34,026 nt of DNA. Source: an uncultured Candidatus Saccharibacteria bacterium (GTDB taxonomy: Bacteria; Patescibacteriota; Saccharimonadia; Saccharimonadales; SLHW01). Every line of letters begins with the position of its first letter. Positions within the stretch are counted from its first letter, which is position 1. Where the stretch lies: NCBI GenBank assembly GCA_964527485.1, contig CAZGPJ010000002.1, positions 1 to 34,026 on the forward strand, written 5' to 3'. This document shows positions 1 to 8,512 of the stretch, piece after piece. The translations under genes and the position numbers were made by a program. The notes under the pieces were generated by a model. It did no database searches. It saw only the letters and a program-made list of their open reading frames with translations, and was not told the origin of the DNA.

Positions 1-2
1 AC

Positions 3-62
3 CAAGCCAACATAAACAAATATCTAGAAGAAAAGTACCGACCAATAAAAGATTTTGGTTAA
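3..62 (+). CDS. 3' end of an unidentified CDS entering from the left edge (partial)
   Basis: Frame 3 is open from the window edge to TAA at 60-62 (..QANINKYLEEKYRPIKDFG*). A strong hairpin terminator follows 24 nt later. Too short to name. Confidence 0.3.
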   Translation, partial: QANINKYLEEKYRPIKDFG

Positions 63-85
63 ATAAGAGCCTATCTTCCACCAAC

Positions 86-114
86 GAAAGCGGCCCAATG
101 AATGGGCCGCTTTC
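86..114. terminator. Bidirectional rho-independent terminator hairpin
   Basis: Perfect 12 bp stem gaaagcggccca / tgggccgctttc with 5 nt loop atgaa and T-rich flanks. It lies 2 nt after the tmRNA 3' CCA on the minus strand and after the partial plus-strand CDS. Confidence 0.8.
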
Positions 115-116
115 TT

Positions 117-516
117 TGGTGGAGCTGCCGGAGATCCGCCCTCCGGGTCCATTAGTCGATCAGTTAGTCTATCCTACAAGCTTAGTTTGTTTGGTATTAC
201 TCGAGAAAACATCAAAACAAACAAAAAGTTTCAACGAGATGATCCGAACTGCTTTCCGCACGCTACGGATCAGTTACATGCGGGCATCCAGATAATATGG
301 CGTCACGCGAATCTATCTGGCGTCAATAGGGTGACGGCACGAGTACTTAGACTCGAGCTGTTGCGAAAGAAAACTGAGGTAGTGCGAAAGCACTAGCAAC
401 GGCGTTCTTTACGCGATCAAATGCGTTTGCATCTAAAATAGTGTGCCTATAACGCTGACAAGCGGCTTGCTGAGCTAACTGTTAACGTACCAATGTCGAG
501 CTTAAAATTCAGCCCC
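117..516 (-). ncRNA. ssrA: tmRNA (SsrA), about 400 nt
   Basis: The minus strand starts GGGGCUGAAUUUUAAGCUCGAC (5' end at 516). It ends CCGGAGGGCGGAUCUCCGGCAGCUCCACCA (CCA at 119-117). Acceptor stem GGGGCUG/CAGCUCC contains the G3:U70 alanine identity pair. There is an internal tag-like frame GCA AAC GCA ... GUC UAA (430 down to 347). A terminator follows immediately downstream. Confidence 0.9.
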
Positions 517-546
517 ACAAAAATGTTGCTCTCTGGCAACACTAGT

Positions 547-555
547 ATTATACCA
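547..555 (-). promoter_or_regulatory. Extended -10 promoter element (TGGTATAAT) upstream of ssrA
   Basis: The minus strand reads TGG TATAAT about 30 nt upstream of the mature tmRNA 5' end, consistent with a processed precursor. There is no good -35. Confidence 0.5.
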
Positions 556-626
556 CTTTTGCTTTCATAAATCATCCATTTGGCTCGGTCAAGCCTGACC
601 GCACATATGCAGGAGGGGAGCTATAG

Positions 627-1109
627 CTACTCTGTGTGCTGGTCGCAACCATAGGCTGAACTACTGCACAGGCTATCATGCAGCAAGTTCAACTCGTTTT
701 GTAAGCGCCGTACAGACTGCGGACCAAGTGCCGCTTGCAGGACGCGCTGATAGCATGACTGACGGACTCGCGTGGCAGCCGCAGCCACTCGCGTGGCAGC
801 CGGACACAAAACAAGCAGACGCTGCCGGCCGTCATTGGGGTTTTTCTTGCGGATTATATAACCGTCTTCTTCAAGTAATGCGACCTGTCGGCTGACAGCC
901 GACTCACTCTGCCCAAGAAACTCAGCGATTGAATTTTGCTGAGCGTTTGGCTGCTGTTGCAGCGCGTTAATAACCCGCAGTTGCGACAACGTGATACCAA
1001 CGCTCTCCTCTAGTTCTGCTGCGAACTGCTTGTCCAGAACAGATGATATATGTTGCAATAAATAGGGTACTGTGTCAAATACGTTATTTTGTGTGTTAGC
1101 TTGATTCAT
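627..1109 (-). CDS. MarR-family winged-helix transcriptional regulator
   Basis: 160 aa with the MarR wHTH signature LSQLRVINAL..IAEFLGQSESAVSRQVALLEEDGYIIRKKNPNDGRQRLLVL. ATG is preceded by an AAGAGGA SD. Confidence 0.85.
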   Translation of the reverse strand: MNQANTQNNVFDTVPYLLQHISSVLDKQFAAELEESVGITLSQLRVINALQQQPNAQQNSIAEFLGQSESAVSRQVALLEEDGYIIRKKNPNDGRQRLLVLCPAATRVAAAATRVRQSCYQRVLQAALGPQSVRRLQNELNLLHDSLCSSSAYGCDQHTE

Positions 1110-1189
1110 ATTCCTCTTACGTTAACGCACATATACTTAACACGTCAAGTATTTTTATGAGGGCGAGGGAAGGGGGTTTACGTCGTTTT

Positions 1190-1981
1190 TTACTCGGTTG
1201 AATCGATAACTTGGTAAATGCTGTACCACTCTTCTAGTGACAGCATTTGTGCTCGCCGGTCTGGATCAATTCCAGCCTGCCCGAGCAGCTGCTTTATGTG
1301 CGATTTATCACGCCGTAACCCTGCTGCTAGACTGCTGCTCAATTTTTTGCGTCGAGCGGAAAAGCCTGCCTTTACAATACGGAAGAACTTCGCCTCATCT
1401 ACCTTAAATAGTGGCGCTTGGCGTCGCTTGAGGGTTAAAATTTGTGAATCAACCTTGGGTGGCGGCCTAAATAAATGCGCTGGCACAACAGCACTCAGCG
1501 ACACCTCCCAATAGAACTGCGTCGCTACACTGAGAAGTGACAGAGAGCCTGGATCTGCTGCTACGCGCTCAGCCACCTCCTTTTGCACGAGTAAAGCGGC
1601 CTGCTGTGGTGGATTGGTTGATTCGGAGAGGATTCGCAGCAATTTACTGGTCAAATAGTATGGAATATTTGCAACGATCTTATACGGCTTCGGTAGCTGC
1701 GTCAGGTCAAACGTCAGTATGCTCTCTGTATGGAGCGTGAAGGCGGCATTGGCAAAATCCTGCTGAAGCTGATGAGCCAACCGTTCATCAAGTTCGACGG
1801 CCACGACAGAGGCGCCTTTTTGCAACAAAACCCGCGTTAGCTCTCCAGTGCCTGGGCCAATCTCAAGAACGGTGTCGCCCTCACGAACATCAGCGGCTGC
1901 ACACATCGACTCGAGGCTGACTGCGTCATCTAACCAGTGCTGGCCAAGTGACTTGCGTGCATACTGCGCCCCATCGTTCAT
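1190..1981 (-). CDS. rsmA: 16S rRNA (adenine1518/1519-N6)-dimethyltransferase RsmA/KsgA
   Basis: 263 aa. Contains KSLGQHWL near the N-terminus, SAM-binding VLEIGPGTGELT, and IVANIPYY. Confidence 0.93.
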   Translation of the reverse strand: MNDGAQYARKSLGQHWLDDAVSLESMCAAADVREGDTVLEIGPGTGELTRVLLQKGASVVAVELDERLAHQLQQDFANAAFTLHTESILTFDLTQLPKPYKIVANIPYYLTSKLLRILSESTNPPQQAALLVQKEVAERVAADPGSLSLLSVATQFYWEVSLSAVVPAHLFRPPPKVDSQILTLKRRQAPLFKVDEAKFFRIVKAGFSARRKKLSSSLAAGLRRDKSHIKQLLGQAGIDPDRRAQMLSLEEWYSIYQVIDSTE

Positions 1982-1984
1982 GAT

Positions 1985-2578
1985 TTACTGCTGTGGCTGC
2001 TGAACTTGCGGTTGATCAAGCAGCGTGGTGAATGAGGCGGTGCCACCGCGAACCGTCTCGCCATTGGCCGTACCAAAACACCGGTACGTATAAATGCCGC
2101 CTGGCTCAAGTTCAGCACCAGGTATCGAGGTAACCGCGCTGGCGTATAGATCAGGCTCGGATTCGCCAATAGCATCACGGTCGCGCGCAGTTTGGTTTTG
2201 TGGTGCAAGTGTATTACCGTAACGCAACCAAACTTCCTCTACCGCGTCGCCAAAAACGTAGCACTCAACAAATACGTCTTCGCCAGGAGCCTCTTGGCGT
2301 GCCTGGCCGGTTATGATTTCACGATCCGCTTGGCTGGCGTCAGCGTCAGCAGGATCACTGCTGTTGTCATCATTAGGTTGCCCCACATTCAAGCTGCTGT
2401 CACGCTCGGAGGTGTCTGCGCCTGCCGCTTGATTTAGTGCAGCGTTCTGTTGCTCGAGATCGTTGAGCTTGCCATTAAAAAAATAAGCCGCTGCGCCAAT
2501 GCCAACCACCAGCAAGGTCACCAGTACAGAAATTGTTACTTTTTTGGCGGTTGCGTTGCGTTGTTGTCTCTGTTCCAT
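1985..2578 (-). CDS. Hypothetical membrane-anchored protein (N-terminal TM, acidic linker, C-terminal beta-rich domain)
   Basis: 197 aa ORF tightly packed in the operon. It has one TM helix (VTISVLVTLLVVGIGAAAYFF). No recognisable family. Confidence 0.6.
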   Translation of the reverse strand: MEQRQQRNATAKKVTISVLVTLLVVGIGAAAYFFNGKLNDLEQQNAALNQAAGADTSERDSSLNVGQPNDDNSSDPADADASQADREIITGQARQEAPGEDVFVECYVFGDAVEEVWLRYGNTLAPQNQTARDRDAIGESEPDLYASAVTSIPGAELEPGGIYTYRCFGTANGETVRGGTASFTTLLDQPQVQQPQQ

Positions 2579-2601
2579 GTATCAGACCTATTGTATCACT
2601 C

Positions 2602-3051
2602 TCACTCTGTCGGATTGTCTAGTTTCAGGAGCGGCAGTCCAACTTCTTCATCATACGCTCGCGTCAGTTGCTGACTGCCCTGCATCATATGCAAGAAAAC
2701 CTCGCACGTGCCACCAACAGCCAGCTCTTTGACGTGCCCGCCGTAGCCCTGCATATTCTCATCAGAAAAAGAGCCGTGAATGTGCAGCTTTGGTTCCCCG
2801 TCCACCCAAGCAACATTGCCCTGCAGGCTGGTTATCTCGAGGGCGCCGGCAGCTGGGTCAATCCGCCTGAAGCTGTATTCCTGAGCGTCCAAGTGATAGA
2901 AGCCGAGCTCACACCACAGTGCTGCACCGAGCCCGCTTATCCAAGCGCCGGCAATACTCTCTTCCCGCACCAGCTGTTCGAGCGACTGCATCATGAGTTC
3001 GCTTTTTTCAAGCCGAACCAAATAATTAAATCCGTCAAACGTATACGTCAT
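2602..3051 (-). CDS. PPC (DUF296) domain protein
   Basis: 149 aa whose length and sequence pattern (..GAWISGLGAL..LEITSLQGNV..PKLHIHGSF..GGHV..) resemble the PPC/DUF296 fold as I recall it. Confidence 0.7.
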   Translation of the reverse strand: MTYTFDGFNYLVRLEKSELMMQSLEQLVREESIAGAWISGLGAALWCELGFYHLDAQEYSFRRIDPAAGALEITSLQGNVAWVDGEPKLHIHGSFSDENMQGYGGHVKELAVGGTCEVFLHMMQGSQQLTRAYDEEVGLPLLKLDNPTE

Positions 3052-3069
3052 ACTCTTAGTCTAACAGAC

Positions 3070-4290
3070 CTACCACCAGCGATTTCGCTGCCAAAAATCG
3101 AAGGCATTTGACCAGCTACCGTAACGCTGCGCGGCATACGAGTCACACCACCGGAGCTGCGTGACCGGGTTAGACGACCAATCCGAGCCAGCAGACGCCA
3201 TTTTTTGTGCCGGCAAGGCTTGACATAACCCATACGCTCCAGAGCTAGCGTTCTGCGCAGTGATTCCCCAACTTGATTCTTTCTGGATAATCAGATCTAC
3301 GTAATAAAAATCGCTTTGGCTAATACCCGCTGCGCGCATGACTTCTGCTCGGTCACCAACAACTGTTGGCGGCTTTCTGCCACGTGCCACGACCTGCGCA
3401 ACTGGCTGCTGAAGAATAACTTCGTCTAAGATGGTACGTGAATCGTCTGGGGAAATTTCATATACGACCACCCGGCGACCTGAGCGACCTTCTTCACGCA
3501 CCTCAGAATTGCCCAAGAGTATATCGTAGTCATCAACGTACTCTATGGGCTGGTCTATTGCTTCTTCTTCCATGACGATTTCTTTACTGGGGTCTGTTAC
3601 AAACACTGCCATGTCGGCTTCAAGTGGTTCGTCTGACTCAGGGAAAACTGAAGCTTCAGCGAGCGTGATATTCCGCTCTGCTAACAGCTCTTCAACCGTA
3701 TCGGCGTGTGTCCGTATATCGTAGTCGACGCCAAATAGATTCAATAGTAATGGCGTAGCTCGCTCAATGACAATGCGCTCGGATATAGCCCCTTCCCGAA
3801 GGGCGTCGATTGCGTCAATCGGCTCGGAGGTATCTTTGCTCACTATGTCATCAGGGTGCACCTCAATACCCGCCTCCGCAACTACTCCTCGAGGTGCGGG
3901 AGTTGCTGTTTCGGCATACAGCCGATCCTCGCCATCAACAATCACGACACTACGCGAACGGTAGAGGTTTATCCGAAAGTCATTACTGTTAATAGGAGTA
4001 TCCAGGCCCGGTTCAATAACATCGCTTTCACGTATAGGCACATCAAGACGCAGCAAGAGATCCTCCACTGTTTGGGCGCGGGTTGGCAACGACTGCTCCA
4101 CCCCATCTATAGATAAAGTGACGACACGAGCGTCGCTGGCACCAAGAGTAGTTGCACCACTTGTGATAAAAAGTCCTAAGCTGGCAAAAAATAACAGCAT
4201 AAATACCGTGACTGGCAGTACAAGCGGATGCTGATGAATACGCTGTAATAATGCGCCGGTTTTTCGACGTGTGGTGTGCGACTTGCTCAT
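3070..4290 (-). CDS. Secreted/anchored cell-wall hydrolase with RpfB-like architecture: TM, 3x DUF348, G5, C-terminal transglycosylase-like domain
   Basis: 406 aa. N-terminal TM, then three DUF348-like repeats (V.L.IDG....T.A.TV.DLL.. pattern) and a G5-like segment (EVREEGRSGRRVVVYE). The C-terminus reads QKESSW..GAYGLCQ..RYGSWSNAFDFWQRNRWW, typical of IsaA/SceD/Apf-type lytic domains. Confidence 0.75.
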   Translation of the reverse strand: MSKSHTTRRKTGALLQRIHQHPLVLPVTVFMLLFFASLGLFITSGATTLGASDARVVTLSIDGVEQSLPTRAQTVEDLLLRLDVPIRESDVIEPGLDTPINSNDFRINLYRSRSVVIVDGEDRLYAETATPAPRGVVAEAGIEVHPDDIVSKDTSEPIDAIDALREGAISERIVIERATPLLLNLFGVDYDIRTHADTVEELLAERNITLAEASVFPESDEPLEADMAVFVTDPSKEIVMEEEAIDQPIEYVDDYDILLGNSEVREEGRSGRRVVVYEISPDDSRTILDEVILQQPVAQVVARGRKPPTVVGDRAEVMRAAGISQSDFYYVDLIIQKESSWGITAQNASSGAYGLCQALPAQKMASAGSDWSSNPVTQLRWCDSYAAQRYGSWSNAFDFWQRNRWW

Positions 4291-4360
4291 ATATAGAGAA
4301 CTTCCTGAGACGGTTACTCCACATACTCGCCTCAGAAAGCCAGCGCTTATAATAACAGAT

Positions 4361-4840
4361 TTAGTCAGCGATTTCTATGAGCGCACGGGCCTGCTTGGTG
4401 CTGGGCGAAACCTTCATACCATCTAGCTGATCTAACGATATCCAAGCAATATCCGCAATCTCGATTGGCGCTTTTTTGACACGAGGCTTCTTGCTCAAAA
4501 TAACCTGAAAAATATGCGCCCGAAACGGTATGCCTACCTCGCGTACTGGTATTGGCTCTTTTGATTGCTTTAGCTGGCTTTTTGACAGACTAATACCTGT
4601 CTCTTCACGCACCTCACGCACAGCAGCATCCAGCGCTGACTCGGCGCGCATCAGACCACCGCCTGGCAACTGCCACGCCCCACTACTGAGCCACGGTCGA
4701 ACCAGTAAGACCTCATCGCCACAGCGAATACATACTCGCGCTCGCTGACTGCGACCAATGACTACGTAAATAAGCGGCCACATGAACCAGAAACCAACAC
4801 AACCACACATGCGCCACACTGCCTGTGCGTAACGCCTCAT
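4361..4840 (-). CDS. NUDIX hydrolase
   Basis: 159 aa with Nudix box GGGLMRAESALDAAVREVREETGI. The start overlaps the pcrA stop by 4 nt (ATGA). Confidence 0.85.
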   Translation of the reverse strand: MRRYAQAVWRMCGCVGFWFMWPLIYVVIGRSQRARVCIRCGDEVLLVRPWLSSGAWQLPGGGLMRAESALDAAVREVREETGISLSKSQLKQSKEPIPVREVGIPFRAHIFQVILSKKPRVKKAPIEIADIAWISLDQLDGMKVSPSTKQARALIEIAD

Positions 4841-6978
4841 AGGACCTGGATAGGGGCAAAGCTGATGTTAATTTTCTTTGGCCCTTTGCCCTTAAAGTAG
4901 ATTGTCGCCACGTCGCCGTCGAGCTCAACAATAGTACCTTCGCCAAATACGTCGTGCTTGACGGCCTGACCTTCGCTGACTTCGGGAACGTAGGTTGGCT
5001 CGTCGAGCTGCTTGGGCATGAGGCTTTCGAGGTTTTTTGCTGGCTGCTCGTCGGCATCAACGTCAGCCAAAAATCGGCTCGGTGGATTATGCTGCATACC
5101 ACCGTAGAGCATACGCGCATTGGCATGGAGAAGATATAGCTCTTCCTCGGCCCGCGTGATGCCGACGTAACACAAGCGGCGCTCCTCCTCCATCTGCTGT
5201 TGGTCATATAACGAGCGCGAATGCGGAAATATTGACTCTTCCATGCCCACCATAAAAACCACTGGGAACTCCAGGCCTTTGGCGGCGTGCAGCGTCATCA
5301 AGGTTACTGCGTCTGAGCCAAAGTCAGCGCTGTCAATATCGCTAATCAGAGCAATCTCTTCGAGGAACGTCTCTAGCCCAAGCGATTCATAACTTTGGGC
5401 AACGCTCAAAAGCTCTTTGACGTTCTCGACCCGGGCTTCGCCCTGCACCGACCCGTCAGAGAGAAAATCTATGTAGTCAATTTTGCTCACAAGGCTCTCT
5501 ATCAGGACGGGAAGCGGCACCGTGTCTTTATGGTCACGCAATGTTTGCAGGATCTGGTGGAGCTGGAGAAGGCTGTTGCGCGCTCGTGCGGTCAGCGACG
5601 TGTCTTCACTCCGAGATAGCTCAGTAAAAGCAGCCTCAATACCACCAACTTCTTGTATGAGCTGAAAGAATTTACTGACAGAGGTACCGCCAACCCCGCG
5701 CGTCGGCGTATTGATAATGCGCTCCAAGCTGACGCGGTCTTCAGGCTGATACAACAAGCGAATGTACGCCAAGATGTCTTTGATCTCTTTGCGGTCATAG
5801 AAACGCACGCCGCCAACCATGCGGTACGGCACGCCGTAGCGCATAAATAATTCTTCAATGGAGCGGCTTTGCGCGTTGGTTCGATACAGGACAGCAAAGT
5901 CTTTGTGGGAGCGTGCACCCATACTGACCGCCGATTGCACGCGGTGAATAATTGCCTCGGCTTCTGCGCGTTCGTTTTGGGTTTGCAAGACCTGAACTGG
6001 AGCTCCGGCTCCAGCCTCGGTCCAGAGCTCTTTGCTGGAGCGCTGCTTGTTATGCGAAATAACAGAGTGGGCGGCATCAAGTATTGCTTTGGTGCTGCGA
6101 TAATTTTGCTCTAGTTTGATGATGGCAGTTTTCGGATAATCTCGCTCGAAGTTCAAAATGTTGCGGAAATCAGCCCCACGCCAGGAATAAATGCTCTGCC
6201 AATCATCACCAACGACAGCAATATTCTTGTCTTCATTTACCAGCAACGAAATGAGCTTATACTGCGCGTTGTTGGTATCCTGATACTCGTCAATCATAAT
6301 GTAGCGAAAGCGCTGTTGCCATTTTTTACGCACGTCATCGTGCTGCTGATATAGCTGGACAGTGCGTGCAATAAGATCATCAAAATCAAGCGCCCGCGCG
6401 TCTTTTAGGGCGCGCTGATACAGCGGAAACACCTTGCTGGCGGCTTCGTGCAACGGACCAGAGCCAGCACCCGTAAACTCGTGTGCAGAGACAAGCTCGT
6501 TTTTGGCCGAACTTATCAGGTTACTGATTGCCCGTGCTGGAAAACTTTTCTCGTCAATATGCAGTTGCTTGGAGGCGCGCTTAATTGCCGTCTGACGATC
6601 GGTTTCGTCGAATATGACAAAACTGCTCGGTATTCCCAGGTGCTCACCGTCTTCTCGTAAAATCCGCACACAAATACTGTGGAAGGTTCCCATAAACGGC
6701 ATAAACCCGCGCGAAGCAGCAAATGAGTTGTCTGAGCTGCCATAGAGTTGCTCCGCCACACGCGTACGCATCTCAGCGGCAGCTTTGTTGGTAAATGTCA
6801 CTGCCAGGATATTTTCTGGTGCAGCTTTATGACTCTCAAGCAAATGCGCAATACGGTACGTCAGCGTTTTGGTTTTACCGGAACCCGCGCCAGCCAATAT
6901 CAGCAGTGGTCCGTCGGTAGTCTCTACAGCGCGTCTTTGTTCGGGATTTAGGTCGTCTCTTTTTTGTTCTAACACCAC
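4837..6978 (-). CDS. pcrA: ATP-dependent DNA helicase PcrA/UvrD (SF1)
   Basis: 713 aa. Walker A AGAGSGKT, motif II DEYQDTN, and the remaining UvrD/Rep motifs. C-terminal Tudor-like tail (FGEGTIVELDGDVATIYF). GTG start. Confidence 0.93.
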   Translation of the reverse strand: MVLEQKRDDLNPEQRRAVETTDGPLLILAGAGSGKTKTLTYRIAHLLESHKAAPENILAVTFTNKAAAEMRTRVAEQLYGSSDNSFAASRGFMPFMGTFHSICVRILREDGEHLGIPSSFVIFDETDRQTAIKRASKQLHIDEKSFPARAISNLISSAKNELVSAHEFTGAGSGPLHEAASKVFPLYQRALKDARALDFDDLIARTVQLYQQHDDVRKKWQQRFRYIMIDEYQDTNNAQYKLISLLVNEDKNIAVVGDDWQSIYSWRGADFRNILNFERDYPKTAIIKLEQNYRSTKAILDAAHSVISHNKQRSSKELWTEAGAGAPVQVLQTQNERAEAEAIIHRVQSAVSMGARSHKDFAVLYRTNAQSRSIEELFMRYGVPYRMVGGVRFYDRKEIKDILAYIRLLYQPEDRVSLERIINTPTRGVGGTSVSKFFQLIQEVGGIEAAFTELSRSEDTSLTARARNSLLQLHQILQTLRDHKDTVPLPVLIESLVSKIDYIDFLSDGSVQGEARVENVKELLSVAQSYESLGLETFLEEIALISDIDSADFGSDAVTLMTLHAAKGLEFPVVFMVGMEESIFPHSRSLYDQQQMEEERRLCYVGITRAEEELYLLHANARMLYGGMQHNPPSRFLADVDADEQPAKNLESLMPKQLDEPTYVPEVSEGQAVKHDVFGEGTIVELDGDVATIYFKGKGPKKINISFAPIQVL

Positions 6979-7031
6979 GACATTGTAGCAAACATATCAC
7001 GCTTATGGTGGTGATAAATCGCCGGATTACC

Positions 7032-7685
7032 TTAAAGTGGCAGCGTAATAATGCCGCGTTGATCAGCTATATAAAAAATTCCCGCGATAACAAGCAGAAG
7101 TGTCAAGATGACCAAAACTGACAGTGCGTTGCTATTGCTCGCATGAGATATTTTTACAAAATACGTTTTATTTTGGATATGCTCCTGAATAGAGCTATCG
7201 ACTTCATCGCTGCCGATTTTTTTGGTGGAGTTGTTGCCGCCAGTTGTTTGATCAATCACTGCATCAACGATGGCGTTCTTTGGCTCTGCCGTGTCCTCAG
7301 GTTCATCGGCATCCTGGTCTGAGGAGGATACTGCAGTTTGAGTTTCATCATTAGACGAATCAGCTGTTTTGTCATCTGTTTCGGCCGACGTTGAATCGCC
7401 GGATTTGACCGCAACGTTGACGCTCTCTGCCTTGGTTGTGTCGTCATCTTCACTATTGATGTCCTCATGCAGCGGCTGAAGCGTCCTACCCTTCTTGGTT
7501 TTACTCACCTCGGATTTACTGTCATCAGAATCTGACCCTATATCGGATGAGCTTCCTTGAACCATCGGGTCTTTCATTATTGCACCGCTGCCAGTAATAA
7601 CCGGTTTTGATGTAGCGCTGGGAGCTGAAGTACCCGGGTGTGACACGTCAAAGACCTGCTTTTTACCGGAATCCTTCGTCGCCAT
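7032..7685 (-). CDS. Hypothetical acidic Ser/Asp-rich protein with C-terminal TM anchor
   Basis: 217 aa. Low-complexity D/S/E/T-rich body with a single C-terminal TM (LSVLVILTLLLVIAGIFYI). Its ATG overlaps the tpiA stop (TAATG). Confidence 0.6.
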   Translation of the reverse strand: MATKDSGKKQVFDVSHPGTSAPSATSKPVITGSGAIMKDPMVQGSSSDIGSDSDDSKSEVSKTKKGRTLQPLHEDINSEDDDTTKAESVNVAVKSGDSTSAETDDKTADSSNDETQTAVSSSDQDADEPEDTAEPKNAIVDAVIDQTTGGNNSTKKIGSDEVDSSIQEHIQNKTYFVKISHASNSNALSVLVILTLLLVIAGIFYIADQRGIITLPL

Positions 7686-8485
7686 TAGGACTCAGCTCCG
7701 TCCGTATGCTGTAGTCGATAGGCTACATCAACAATTCCTGAAAATTTGTGATAATTCAAGCTAGCACCACCAACGAGAACACCATCGCAGCCATCTATTG
7801 CCAAGTAGCCACCAACTGTATGGTCATCAACACTGCCGCCATAGAGCACGCGCATAGCATCAGCCACTTTTTGGGAGTATAAATCAGCGACTTGCTTCCG
7901 AATGTAGTCAATCGCATCGCGGATATCGTCCGGCTTGGCGACCTCGCCACCAAAGGTGCTAATCGCCCAGACCGGCTCATAGGCAATGACAGCGTGCTTG
8001 ACCTCTTCGGGGGTTAAGTTACTCAAAGCTGTCGTCACTTGATCGTGCAGGACTTGCTTGGTTTCGCCCTCGGTTCGCTCCTGGTGCGTCTCACCCACGC
8101 ACAAGATAGGCGTGATCTCATTACGGACCGCGGCGGCGACCTTATCTCGGACAACCTCAAGGTCTTCATCAAAATACATGCGACGCTCGGAGTGTCCAAT
8201 GATAGCGTAGTGCACCAGGTCTTTGAGCATCGTGAAGCTTATTTCGCCCGTGAAGGCGCCTTCATCCTTATGATATGCATTCTGTGCGGCCAACCGGAAC
8301 TTTCGTCGATCTATTTGCGTACTCAAGGGTTGTAATAGTAGAGAGCTAGGAGCCAGTACAACCTCAATATCTCGGTGAATTTTTATACGTTCGTGAAGAC
8401 GATGCAACAGCATACTTGCCTGACTGGCGTTGAGGTGCATCTTCCAATTGGCTGCGATGAGTGTTCGTTTCATAAAATAGGACAA
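7685..8485 (-). CDS. tpiA: Triosephosphate isomerase
   Basis: 266 aa with AANWKMH, IGHSERR, YEPVWAI and GGASL motifs. The true start may be the internal Met at 8473. Confidence 0.93.
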   Translation of the reverse strand: MSYFMKRTLIAANWKMHLNASQASMLLHRLHERIKIHRDIEVVLAPSSLLLQPLSTQIDRRKFRLAAQNAYHKDEGAFTGEISFTMLKDLVHYAIIGHSERRMYFDEDLEVVRDKVAAAVRNEITPILCVGETHQERTEGETKQVLHDQVTTALSNLTPEEVKHAVIAYEPVWAISTFGGEVAKPDDIRDAIDYIRKQVADLYSQKVADAMRVLYGGSVDDHTVGGYLAIDGCDGVLVGGASLNYHKFSGIVDVAYRLQHTDGAES

Positions 8486-8512
8486 TCCTTATGCTTATTG
8501 TATCATTGCCGG

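Noticed and set aside
98-396. ORFs 98-295 and 187-396 (+)
   Set aside because: They lie entirely inside the tmRNA gene on the opposite strand. They have no RBS and an odd composition, so they are artefacts of a structured RNA locus.
4713-6080. Same-strand out-of-frame ORFs 4713-5207 and 5592-6080 and several plus-strand ORFs inside pcrA
   Set aside because: They are completely nested in a full-length, motif-complete helicase gene and have Arg/Ser/Cys-rich spurious composition.
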